DNA of 64,000 nucleotides, from the NCBI GenBank assembly GCA_051294905.1, contig CM119372.1, forward strand, positions 27,964,001-28,028,000. The letters run 5' to 3'. Under the pieces are notes generated by a model. That model had not been told where the DNA came from. It saw only the letters and a list, made by a program, of their open reading frames with translations, and ran no database searches. The position numbers and the translations under genes are program-made. The stretch is from Botryllus schlosseri. Lineage: Eukaryota. Positions 36,884 through 49,400 of the stretch are shown piece after piece. Positions within the stretch are counted from its first letter, which is position 1. Each line of letters begins with the position of its first letter.

Positions 36884-38392
36884 GTCAGTACTGTGGCCGC
36901 CGGCCGTATGTTGCGCGCCCCTGGTATAATGTGTTGTGTACGAACGAGGTGTTGAGATTGCTTTCCAAATTTACCAAGATATCAATTCATTACGGTTCAG
37001 TACATGCGTAACGGCCGGTACACTGTAAAAAATAAAAACCTCGATTTACCGCGAAATGTTTGGAAGCACGGTAGCCAGACATTTCGTGGTAATCTGACAT
37101 TACCGTTAGTCAATGTAAATTTAACTTACACTCGTCCGTTAATCTCACTTTACACGCCAGACTGTAATGTTACAGTCACCTCCGGTACATCCAAACTACA
37201 TGTTCTCCTGTACATTTACTACCGATACTGTCATTTTACCGCCTACCTACCTACGTCCTACATGCTGTCCCTGTAAATCAGGATTACATACCAGCTTGTA
37301 AATTCACGTACATCCATACCTATCGCAAAGCAACCCGATACTAAAATATAGCAAAATTTTCTTCACATTCCCAAAACGACATTGAAACAAACTGTATATT
37401 CATTCATGATATCACAATGAAGTGGTTATCGATGGGAAAGTATTGCTGCTGGAGGTCTAATTCTTCTTTAGGAGACATGCAGTAACACGAGTGGTCTCAA
37501 GAAAAGGTGAATTAATTCCACCACCGGCCAAACTTCCAATTGTTTCTTTTTCTCGTCCTCATTCCTTCTGTGTAACTAGTATCTTGCAGTTCCACTAAAA
37601 AGAATTCATGAGTAAGTCGCTATCTAAAGCAAAGTTCCTAACCTAGACATGACATTATGAAGACTTGAGACAAATAGGCTAACAAAAATACAACATGTTT
37701 TGAAGTACCGGTACTGGTACATTGTGTGATGAAGGCTCCGCCTTGTACATGATATAGCAGAGATTCATGACTAACTTTATCTAATGTATTGAAGCAAATG
37801 GTTCCTCATTTGAGGTGGCATGTGTGCCAAACAAATCCAGCAGTGGATGAAAACATCTCTATGCTATGGCCCGAAAATGACATAACCAAGCCAACAGTTT
37901 CAACTTCTCCGCGACGGAGTATGTGGTGTCACAGGTCACTATATAAGTCGACTAATATCCCAAAATAGAACAGAGAATGCGGCGAATGAAATATTTCAAT
38001 CATGAAATCAAAGTGGTGTGCACACTGCACAGTCGCAGATATTCACCGTAACAAATACTATGTAGTAGCCTACTGTACCTTTTACGATGCGTATCCCATT
38101 CAGCGTTCCTAGGAATCTTCCACGATCGTGTCCACTTTCTTCAAGCACAACAACCTTCGCCCCACCCTTTGCTCAAATCTCAATAATGGCCAGACGACGA
38201 TACGACACTCGAACGATTTCGAAATAAGTGGTATTCATCCGCTGACATGCCACCAATAATATTTACTGGCCACGTTATAATGTTTGACTTAGGTCATTTC
38301 TTTTTCATACAGAAACATTTACCATTACATATAGTCCCTTTCTTTTCCATCTAATTTCGTATAGATTGATATTTATCCCAAGTGTTGTTCAC

Positions 38393-38721
38393 ATTCATGT
38401 CCACATTCAAGTCGAAATACAAGCAATTACTACTAAATAAATACAGTCCATCCTCAAGATTACCGGACCACGACTGACCTATCGATCTCGCTTCCCATGA
38501 CATGCCGTCCTATTTATTGTCGCTTTCTTTTTCTATGCTATCTTCTTTACTTTCATTCAGTGTGCATGCCTCCTCTTTACATCGCCTAGGCCAAGGTGGG
38601 TGTCAGATTCCATAGACTGCTCCTTGTCGCTTCGACACCTTCCTGTCTTTTCATTGTATCGCATTTTTTGTGGTGTATTGAACTGATAAAATTGCTAATA
38701 AACCAATGATGATGATGATGA
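38393..38721 (+). mobile_element. CR1/L2-group LINE 3' end
   Basis: Homologous to 5735-6056; ends in aataaa and a (TGA)n tail. Confidence 0.85.
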
Positions 38722-39160
38722 TACTTACTGCAGTGCTCTTCAACCTTTTTCGACGTGGTACACCCTTTTAAGGTTTGCTCAAAACTCGTACACCCCTGTT
38801 CATTAGGGGTCTTCAAACATGACTATTTTTCTCAAATCGTACTGGCTTCTTGATAAAATTGTTAGGTTACCTAACTCAAGCCTACACATCAAATTTGGTT
38901 CTATTCCAACTAGAAGCCGCCTTGCTACGGGAGAGGAAAGTTTCTATTTACTATACAAAAATAAATAACGAAAAATTTGAAATTTTTCTGTTCACCCCAT
39001 GAAAGTATTAGGTTGTCTATAAAAACTATGTTCTTCAAATTTGGTTCAATTCCGACCAGTAGAAGCGGAGGTATTGCCGTAAAAAAAAATGGATTTGAAT
39101 AAAATAGTATTCGGTCACAGAGTCTATTCGCAGCCAGTTAGGCAGCCCGCCACGCAAATT

Positions 39161-39594
39161 TAGGCTTACCATATTTTGGATATCTAAAAAGAGGACACTT
39201 TGTCAGAAATTTGAGACTTGCAAAACCGGAGAAGAATTCTAAAAAAACGGTGAATTTTTCCCACTTGGTGATCAATTGACTAAAAAGAAGGTCATCTTTC
39301 CGCTCAGAGCTCAAAATGTCGTTTTTCTCTCCGCATTGCTAGGTGGATGACTAAAAAAAAGGTCAACTTTTCACTCAGAGCTAAAATCACAGTTTTTCAC
39401 TCCGAAATACCCGCCGGAGCGTCACTTCTGTGTTGATTTACGGCATATCAATTTGCTCTAAATCTGACCTAAATTTTCAAAAAAGAGGACAAAATCTCAA
39501 AAAAATGAAGACAAAAGAGTGTCCTCCGAGGACACTTTCAAAAAAGTCAAAAAAGAGGACAAATCCTCTTAAAAGAGGACGTATGGTAACCCGA
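39161..39594. mobile_element. hAT MITE (TAGGGTTACCA family)
   Basis: Perfect TSD cgcaaatt; reverse homolog of 36017-36415. Confidence 0.85.
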
Positions 39595-40277
39595 CGCAAA
39601 TTAGAATTTATTTCGTGTCAGAGCAAAAACAGCATGATATAGCGAACGATAATCAACCTAAATGTAACAGTATTGGGGGGAGAGTATGTAAAGCTACTGC
39701 TGCAGAAGCGGTAATTCAGATCAGCGATGATAGCAGGCGCACCAGCCTACTGCGCATCAGGCCTGCCACACACCACACACCGTCGATAGTAGCACATGGG
39801 CTGCAAGAGATGTCAGTAACCTCAGATCGTATGCCGCTATACACAGTCTATTGTCGCTAATTTACATCACTTATAACAAAATGTTAAATTGCAAATGTAT
39901 GGCGAAAGATTGGACATACAATCGGCATTTTAAAACAAAAGGGTTTCGATTTCAATATGGAAGCTGTTTCGACCCTGGCTAGCTACGTCACTTCATTTAT
40001 GTGCATTGCGGTATTTATTAGCGTCGGGTAGGAAGCATGGATTCAAAAAGTCTGAGCTATCGCGGCGGTTTCCTCACAAATCAATAAAATACAAATGACT
40101 AGCTGAACACATGTTTGTTAACTGCATACTTTACAACACCAAACCGAACCATTGGTTTATTACCGACGGCTAAGTGAATAGAAGAAATATTTTCTTATGA
40201 CATCACAATCAAGCGGTGTACAGTATTACACTAGAGATAACATTGTACCATATTGCTCGTTGACCTGTGCGTCAACC

Positions 40278-41212
40278 CAGACTTGGACAACTAGAACATT
40301 TTCAGCTTTTCTGAATTAAATTAGAATTAGAATTAGAGCTCTTCAGTTTTTTTCAAACTAGATTAGAATTAGAATTAGAGCTGCACAGTTTTTCCAAATT
40401 AGATTAGAATTAGAATTAGAGCTACACAGATTTTTTCAAATTAGATTAGAATTAGAGCTACTAAGCTTTTTCCAGATTAGATTAGAATTAGAATTAGAGC
40501 TATACTTAGTTCGCAAAAACTTGGAAATCGAATAAAATTGTATATGGGATTTGAATACAGCAAAATACAGTTCACATCAAATCACAGTGCGTGGTGCAAA
40601 AGGCCGCGAGGCGATATGCGCCACATATTTTTGTTTAATAAACAACAACAACAACAGTGCATTCCCATAAACATGAGAATGGTTAACTTCTGTACACCAA
40701 GCTTGGCTCGATTTTTCATATACTTTAATAAAATATTACTTTTTTTATGGTAACCGTGGGCATCGCCCATGTTAGTCAGAATGGCGATGTACTAACGTAA
40801 AGTTTTAGAAACTAGAGTGTTGTTCGCAGACTACAAGCTACTCTAGCAGGCTATATTCGTCATAATATCTACTATGACTGCACGGTATAAGTAAGGCGAT
40901 GGCGGCTTGGCACTGGATTTCCCTGCGCAAGCGAAATATTCTTTTTAACTCACTGCAATAGTGCAATATGCCTCGGACAAAGAGGAATTTTCAGGAAAAC
41001 AATTATTAGATTAGAACTAGAATTAGAGAATACGTACATTTCACAAATTAGATTAGAATTAGAATTAGAGCATAAGAACATTTCACAAATTAGATTAGAA
41101 TTAGAATTAGCGCATGGAAGCATTTCACAAATTAGATTAGAATTAGATTACCGGCATTTCGCTCTAATTTAGTGAAATTAGACAACTAGAATTATCTAGT
41201 TGTCCAAGTCTG
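40278..41212. mobile_element. hAT-type element with (TTAGA/TTAGAA)n subterminal arrays
   Basis: 18-bp TIR cagacttggacaactaga, perfect TSD cgtcaacc. Confidence 0.9.
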
Positions 41213-42141
41213 CGTCAACCTGTCTGTACTGACCTATAAACCGGCATTTGTAATAGCTAACCATCGGCTCATTGTTACTCGGATCTGGTACACCCCTGTA
41301 CACCCCATCCGAGTGGTACACCCTTTGCGAATTGTGGTACACCCTAGGGTGTACGACCACCCCGGTTGAAGAGCATTGACTTACTGTACTTACTTAACGA
41401 GACGCTGCTTGTGATGTCACAGTTGTGCGGTGGTTGTTTACTACGATTCTCAGCAAACCAGAAACGCGTAACGGTAACCTATTGTAACCAGGTCGCCTGG
41501 TCCGCCATTAACAAATTGTCAACTGAGCGTGCGGTGCTGATATTTCTAGTTTCCCGAACAATATTATACATCCTAAACTTATTTTCTAACTATCAGACCT
41601 ATCCCTAACAACGAATGTAACCAGCGAGAACGGCCGTATAGCCATAGCCTTAAAATGGCTATGGTGTAACCACATTAGCTGCGATTGTCAGTTGTTTATT
41701 GTACCCTACTATGTACTGTACTGAAATTGGTACTAGGGCCAACAATTTCCGTACGACACACCCCAGTTTCGCGAACGAGGTTGAATCAGGTCAAATCACC
41801 ACGAGAATGATATATCAGTAACATTCAGTTCCACGTATATATTGGCTGCAGCGATTATGAAACTAATCAATCTTCCCAATAGCCTGGTAAACTGCAGTTA
41901 CGAGTAACTGTCAGTAATTTTGCGAATAAATTCTGGCAACTTGACTTCACAGCTAAACTAAGGTAATATTACATATCAAAATGTATAATTACAAACTAAG
42001 CACAGTTATTGGCTGCGACCGGTAATTCGTTGCAAAATTTACAGAGATTTCCCAGTAAATCTACCAGATTTTTTACAGTGTAGATGGCAAGCTATTTCGT
42101 GTTGACGAACTCACGCGTAAAAGCTACTCTCTGACTCTGCT

Positions 42142-42175
<34 letters not shown>

Positions 42176-42192
42176 CACACACACACACACAC
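42142..42192. repeat. (CA)n microsatellite
   Basis: About 25 CA units with one CG interruption. Confidence 0.95.
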
Positions 42193-43456
42193 GCTAAAGA
42201 ATAACCAAATACAGTAACTATATCATTTAACGTAATAAGCAAGTAGTGGGAGATTGCGGCAGACAATGGCAGCGGGCCACAATATCATGTACAACCGGAA
42301 ACTCCCTGCGGGCCGCTCAAAATCACGTCGCGGGCTGGGTCCGGCCCGTGGGCCGTATGTTGCCCGTTCCTGCGGTACGCCAAGGTGGGTGTCTGATTAA
42401 AGGACTAGTCCAAGTCGTTTCGGTTTAGTTCGGTTCAGTTTATTATTATTTTCATCATTTCAAAACACCACAAAACTGCGATACAATGGAAAGCTAGGAA
42501 GGTGTCGGTTTCTTGAAAAAGGAGGACAAATCCAACTAACCGAGGACGTATGGCAACTAGAGATGCATACGGATCATGTTTTTTGTTCGGGATCCGGATC
42601 CAATCCTGTACGATAAAATGGAATCCTGATCCAATCCGGATCCTGTTTCCGTCACAAATGTCAAAATCCGGATCCAAAAATATCCTGCACAAGATTCAGT
42701 ATCTATTTGCCCTTGTCGTCGAACATTTTCTAATTACACCTCGGCAATGCCTTGATGGTTGTTATTAGGGATTTTATGTTAGTACTTCGATGTAATTTGT
42801 ACCACAATTTCAAAAATTAACTATTTGCAAATTTCAATACATTACCGAAGGTAGAAAGCTGAAGAATAATTATTACATCGCGTATTCATTGAGGCTTTAG
42901 CTACTGCAAAAGAAAGCAGGTAGAATTAACTCAATTAAAAAACATCGTAGCCTGTATACCACTTGAAAGCTGTTCCGTATCACTAGTGGTAGGCCTACGC
43001 ATCTAACAGTTTGAGAACCACTGTGCGACGAAGCCCTTTTTTGCGTTGTTCTTTTCGAAAAGTCATCATCAATAGTTTTGTTGGTTCGTCCGTTATCCGA
43101 GATTTATACCGTTAGATGATTTATGCCAAATCTGGCAAGCGCTCTGAACGAACAATGAATCTCGGTAGCTCTTTTTTTGCTACTCTGTGACTCCATGCCC
43201 TGCTCATCAATGTGCAACAATAGGCTACACACGAAATGGGATGTAGGTATATAGGCTATCTCCTAACAGTAACACTCAATGACAAAGCTTAAATAGCGAA
43301 GATTGGTTTAATCACAAAATCCAAAAATATAGAAAGACATATATTATAATTCGATTGAACTCAATGAGAAAGGAGCAAAGTTTCACGCATATTGAGGTAC
43401 AGACGCACGATAATTGAATATTGAAAATCCAATGATAAATCATCGATGGCGAGTAC

Positions 43457-46400
43457 CTAACGGCGAATTGATACGAATTTAAACATTGGTTCTCGCGACA
43501 GGCATCCAGTCGCTCTCATGATAGATGTAGCAGGTTCGTGATGGTACTCGACTTTGAAATTACTGAGAATCTCGATCAGCAACAAAAATATCTCCTGCTT
43601 CGCGAAAAATCGGCCGGGGCAAGCACGGGCGCCGACGCCGAAACCACTGGAGGTTACGAATCTGGAAATAAATTATATTTACAGATGGGTCTTACCATTT
43701 AGTAGGATTGATTCCATACTTGGACAGGCTTTTATCGATCCACCTCTCCGGCATGCATTTGAAGGGATTTTCAAAGTATTCCGGGTCCATGTTGGATGTG
43801 GTGTTGATGGTGTTGATGATAGTGACCCCTGCGAAACAAGATAATCGAATTATTCTGCGGAAGAAGGTCTACGGATCCATGTCAATGTTTTAGAAGGCGA
43901 CCAAGTAGGGGAAATCCGGCGAATTTACGATGTTCAATGCATTCCAAATCTACTTAGAACAGGTTTTTGTTTTGTTTTATTCGCACAACTTTGGCGCTTA
44001 TCGCCTATAAGGTCATTTGCGCCCAGTACATCAATTTCAGTAATTTCAACGGTCTTTTACGGTCTTTTTCGTCAGATTTCGGACGACTTCCATGCACGCG
44101 CTCTTCCACCATCAGTCTCTCTCGATTTTCATGCGCCCGCAACTTAGTCTTTTGATGCCATCTTTCGGGAGTTCGGCTCTCTCTCTTTCTCTGGGCTTTT
44201 CAAGGCGCTGTATATACAGCGGGATCGGCGATGAGGAGCCCAGATAAATCTTAGAACAGGTGGTTTCCAAACTAGTTGTATTGTTGTCTACCATTAAAAA
44301 CCTTTTTCAAACTCGAGACGCTGCAATTAATTCCATATTCATATAAGCATTCAAGATTTTAAGACATGGGTCGGGAACTTTTTCGTCCAGAGAGTCACAT
44401 CGGCCATATATTTACAATTTTAATTCCCAAAGAGCCGTATACGATGTCAATTAATTGATACGTCACAATTGGAGACTCGTGATGGCATTGCGTCACAAAA
44501 TCGAAGTTCACTACATGGGATTTGTCATGTAATGTTGTAGCCCGGTGATGATCAAGACGGTTACTTAGGGTCGGAAACCTTTTGCAAGATTGCATTTCCG
44601 TTTGGGCCATGTCATCGAACAAGTAAGTTAAATGAGCAAATAGCAACAGGCAAATATTTGGAATAAATTTTAGGAGACCTTAAAACCCCTGGATACGCCA
44701 CTTGTTGCCTCATATAGACTTGCAAATAAGTTGCAGCTGATGGAAGTATATGCAAGATTGAAAATTCATCTGAGAATCACAGGTCCTGCTGCTTTTCAGA
44801 TAAGACTACAATATACACGGTTCAACAAAATCCTGTCTGCTCAATATAAACATTATCGAGCTCATATGACGTGGATTAAGTAGCCTACCAGTCGATTTTG
44901 CACACTTGATCAAACCGCTATACGATGTTTGGCATTGCAATACGCACTATTCGACGTCAATTAAGTGCTGTCGAAATCATCTGTACCGCGAAAAAACGTG
45001 TTCGCAAAAGAAGAATGTTGCATGCGGTACAGGAGCAGAGACAGATCCACAGCCGACAAGTAGAAATTCAGACCGGCAAGACCCGTAGACGATTTAAACG
45101 AATTAGGATAGTTTATGCCTAGATATGCAGTTATTTTCTACAAGCGCATCTAAATAAACCAACTATTGACATTTTGCGGTTCCATTATCAAAGATCAACA
45201 TCTAAGACGTGAGAGGGGAAATCTTTGAACGCGGTCGTATATTGTACATGATATTCAGTGGAAATCTTTGCGATTCACGAGGATAAATATACCTTACCAA
45301 GTGACATTTTTCATTAATTCATCACGGAGACGAACCCCAAATAAAGAAAGGTGCATAGAAAGTTACTGCAGGGGTAACAAAATGTAAACGTAACGTAGAC
45401 ACGGTAACATTTATGTATGTGGTCAAAATCAAAGCGTACCGACGATACGCTGGTTTTACCTGCAGGTATCCTATAACCGGAAAGCACTATGTCGTGCTCG
45501 AATTCGCGAGGCAGAGCGTGGATGAACGGATACAATCGATGAGTTTCTTTGAAGAATGCGTTCATGTAACTCATACTGTCGACAGCCTGCAACTCCGTAA
45601 TTGTAATCTATGTTCATGCGGTTAAATATGTGGTCATACCCGGCCTGAAGATGATTGTTCGGGAGTCAATGCCATGATTTCGCTTCGGAGCTTGTCTTGT
45701 ACATCACTGTTGGTGGCTAAGCAGTACAAGCACATGGCAATAGTACTTGCTGTTGTTTCAACTGCACCGAGTAGGATATCCATCAACAGAGACTCTTTTT
45801 CTCTATATACGGAATGAGAATCGATTGCAATATATTGACTGAGTAAGATTTTTTATTGGTTGGGCGATATTCATGGTATCCGTCGACACGTCCACACATC
45901 ACATAATGTGGACTTGTACATCAAAGCCACGCGCGTCCATGAAAGATATCAAAGCAGGATTAGCATGACGCGATCATCTATAATCGACTTAAAATTTTCA
46001 ATGACACAAAGATAGAGACTTATTGGCAAAATCCCTAGTTGGTTACAACATTGCTAGGGCACTTAATTGAGCCGTGTTCTAGATCAGTGGTTCTCAACTA
46101 TTTTGAACTCGCGGTCCGGTACAACTTGAAAACAAATTTTGCGGACCGGTGAACCATCAAAATCTTAAATTCTTCCTAAATTTCATTGCGGCAACTTTAA
46201 TGTAGTATTGGAAACTCCATTTGATGGCGCCGTTTTGATATTATATATTTATACGTGGTTCTATTGAAGTTTCTGAAAGGCGAAGATCGTGAAGTCGTAA
46301 CTTGATTGTGATTGTTCGGTGTCCTTTGAAAGATAAGTGAATGTTCTATTTGATATAGGCTTTATTATGCTGCCACGAGTTTCTTCATTGACGTCTGTTT

Positions 46401-49400
46401 AAAAAAGTCTCCGTAGCTTTCACATAGGGCCTATAACTTGTCCAAGACGGGTTGTAGGTTACTTTTCGAGAGTTTCTTACATTGTCGGGATGAATCGAGT
46501 CACTTTGCAAAAATTACTTGACTTGACTTGACTCAGCGTTTCAAAAATGTATACTTTGACTCGTGACTCATAGAAGAATTTACGATTCAATTTCAAGTCA
46601 TCAAGTAATCGGTGTCGAAAAAAAGCGGTGTTTCTTTCATGTCTTCGGATTCTCGATACGTTGGTGTGACCTGGAGCGACCAATGTCATTCATTCAATGA
46701 TTGTGCGTTTTACTGAACCTCCAATCACAAATAAATTGACCGCAAACGAAGTGATTGCAGCATGCAGCGTGCGTGTCGAGTAGGAAAGTTATACAATAGC
46801 TAAGTATCCATCTCTGTTCAATAGACTGATCGTTGGTGCCCGGTGCTCATGACCTTAACAAAACCTCCTGTATGATTTAAATAAAATTCGAATATGGTTT
46901 ATGTTACTGGTCAACCATTGACACAGGCTTAAATTATATCCTTTGGCTATGTAATTGGGTAGTGCATCATATCACTACGCTTCAACTATATGAAGTCTCT
47001 CTATTTTAGCGGATAATTATAGACGGAGGGTTTACTTACGGTTACTTACGTAGTTTAGCAATTCTACGCATGTGTGAGCTACGAGTCGCCTTCTTGCATG
47101 TTTGTTTGTTTGTGGTACTCATGGTGTTTGTCGACTACAAAGGTCATTTACACCAGGCCATTTGTCTTCATTTTTATTCCGCAGCTGTCGACTTGTAGCA
47201 CGGCCCACATCTAGGCTTTTATAAGACACCACGTGTCTATTTAATTCTATATTAGGTCCCCGATTTAAAATAAATGGTGAATGCGATGACTTAATCATAC
47301 CTCGTACTTCGACAAGACATCTTGACTTGAATTGTCACTTGACTCGTGAATTCACTTTACTTGACTCGAGTCAACTCCAAAATTCGAGTGACTTGACTTG
47401 ACTTGACTCGAGTCACCTTCAAATGTCGATTGACTTGACTTGACTAGAGTCAACATGTGCAATGACTCGAGACGACTTGTGACTCGAATGTAGTGACTTG
47501 ATCCCCAACATTATGGTTCTTATAATTCTTGAACAATAGTGACTAACGCCTAAAGTAGATCATGAACTTTCTCTTGCGAAACCATGCAAGAAATACATTC
47601 CGCACTTCCAAATAAATGTGAGATTTGATGTATATTTTTCTAATTAATGGACATTTGGACAAGACCCTAACTTCTTGCATTTCGGAATTGAGATATAAAA
47701 TTCCAATATATCTGGCGGATCGGCAGGAAACTTGTCGCGGACCGGCACCGGTTCGCGGACTGGCGGTTAAGAACCACTGTTCTAGATGACTTTCGTCAGA
47801 TACATACGCTTCCGAGAATGTTTCTATGCTCATGACTTCCTCCAGTAAGCTGCCTTTTATGTTCTCACTCATCATCTGCTCATTTATAATAGAGAGCATG
47901 ATGCTTTTTGAAGCCAGGAGATGTTTCTTCAGACCCTGTAGATTAGTGGGCAGTTGGACGCGAAAGTCTGTATATGCACGATTCTAGAAAATACAGTGCA
48001 GTACGGATGGTCTATCGAAGTATTCACAAAAATTGTTAAGATATAGCAATAGAAAAAACGCCAGTTTAGCAAAATAGCAAACTGACTACAGGAGGACTAT
48101 GTGTCAACACCTTTGAATGGACACTAGAAGTCCTAAACTGTTAGAGACGTCGAAGGCAAGCGTACTCCAATATTATAAAGCGAATACAGGTGTATGTATT
48201 GTATATGCCTACCTGACATTTGAGCATGCAACATAACGTAAAACTAACATTTGAAGTCGCCACCGTATATACTACATGCTTGCCTGCCCTTGCAACCTGT
48301 CTTCGGAACCGCGAATCTTACTTACCAGCTTCATGAAATACTTCCACGGGCCACCCATGAATCCGGCTCCGATGTACTGCATCATTTTGGAAGATCCCTC
48401 AACAGCCGTTGCTACGTCCTCGTTTACAGTTTCCTGAAGTAAACCTGAAAACGCAACTTTCTAATCAGAAAAAAACATAAGGCTGATTGGGAATCACAGA
48501 GATTTGTCGCAATTACTTATTTTGAAGGGACACTGATATTCTGCCTCACGCGAATCCGCACGGTGCGACACGGCAGCGCTTTTATATATCTACATTGTGA
48601 GAGGAATTTGAAATTACCCAGGTTTGCACCATAGCGCGGGGGTAAATCTAATCAGCGGAATTTCATGGTACAAAATCCAGCTTTCACACTTATTCTACCA
48701 CTTTATTGACACAGGTACTCCCACAGATATGATGTCTTGAACACTATAGGGTACAAAAGTGAAAATGACCCCAATTCACCATATGCATGTGCAATTGTGC
48801 ATGGGCAGATTGTGCGCCGTAGATAAAGCACGTGGAATGCTCCTATATCGCCACTGAAAGTGACACCCGAATCAACTCTGCACTGCAGTTTTCATGCCCA
48901 TGCGAGTTGGAGACCGAATACTCCCATGGACCAATATGCATCGACTTATGTCTGGTTGGCGCGAGTTGCGTTAATATTTTTTTGAGGGGGTATTCATGGT
49001 GTTTCTCGACTACTATGGTCATTTACACCGGGCCGATATTCTTCTCATTTTCCGTAACTGCCGACTTATGGCACGGCCCACCTCTAGGCTTTTGTAAGAC
49101 ACCGCTGACGCGGATGAGGAGCCTACGTAAACCTCCAACACTTAGGTATCGGAATTCGGAAGTCGACCTCGGTCTGACTCGAACCCGCACCCATTGGTGT
49201 TGCAGCCGCGGATTATACCACTGCGCTATCTCGCCACTTTTGCGTTAATGTGTTTCACCTTTCTGATGTAGATACGCCTTAACGAGTAGCATTACTTCTG
49301 AAATGATTGTATTTCAAAAGTAATCACAAAGATTGACGATTACATATATTTTGCTACTTTGACTGATATAAGCCGCTTCATAACAGACCTAATTTAGAAG

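Larger units (their letters stand above)
38731..41378. mobile_element. hAT element (CAGTGCTCTTCAACC TIR) hosting two further hATs
   Basis: Perfect TSD acttactg; gtacaccc subterminal repeats. Confidence 0.88.
37021..42080. mobile_element. Non-autonomous EnSpm/CACTA-like element
   Basis: Termini cactgtaaaaaat / attttttacagtg, each flanked by TA. Confidence 0.7.
35916..42372. mobile_element. hAT MITE inserted in a LINE 3' UTR and inflated to 6.4 kb by nested insertions
   Basis: The LINE 3' UTR breaks at 35915 and resumes at about 42380 (caaggtgggtgtctga); flanks ctgtaggc/cggtacgc match at 6/8. Confidence 0.65.

Noticed and set aside
40300..41160. CRISPR-like or telomeric array
   Set aside because: The context is eukaryotic and the units are subterminal repeats inside a TIR/TSD-bounded transposon.
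43690..43700. GTAAG donor in the last P450 intron
   Set aside because: It would create TGA and a 34-nt intron; the GTATGG donor at 43719 keeps the frame.
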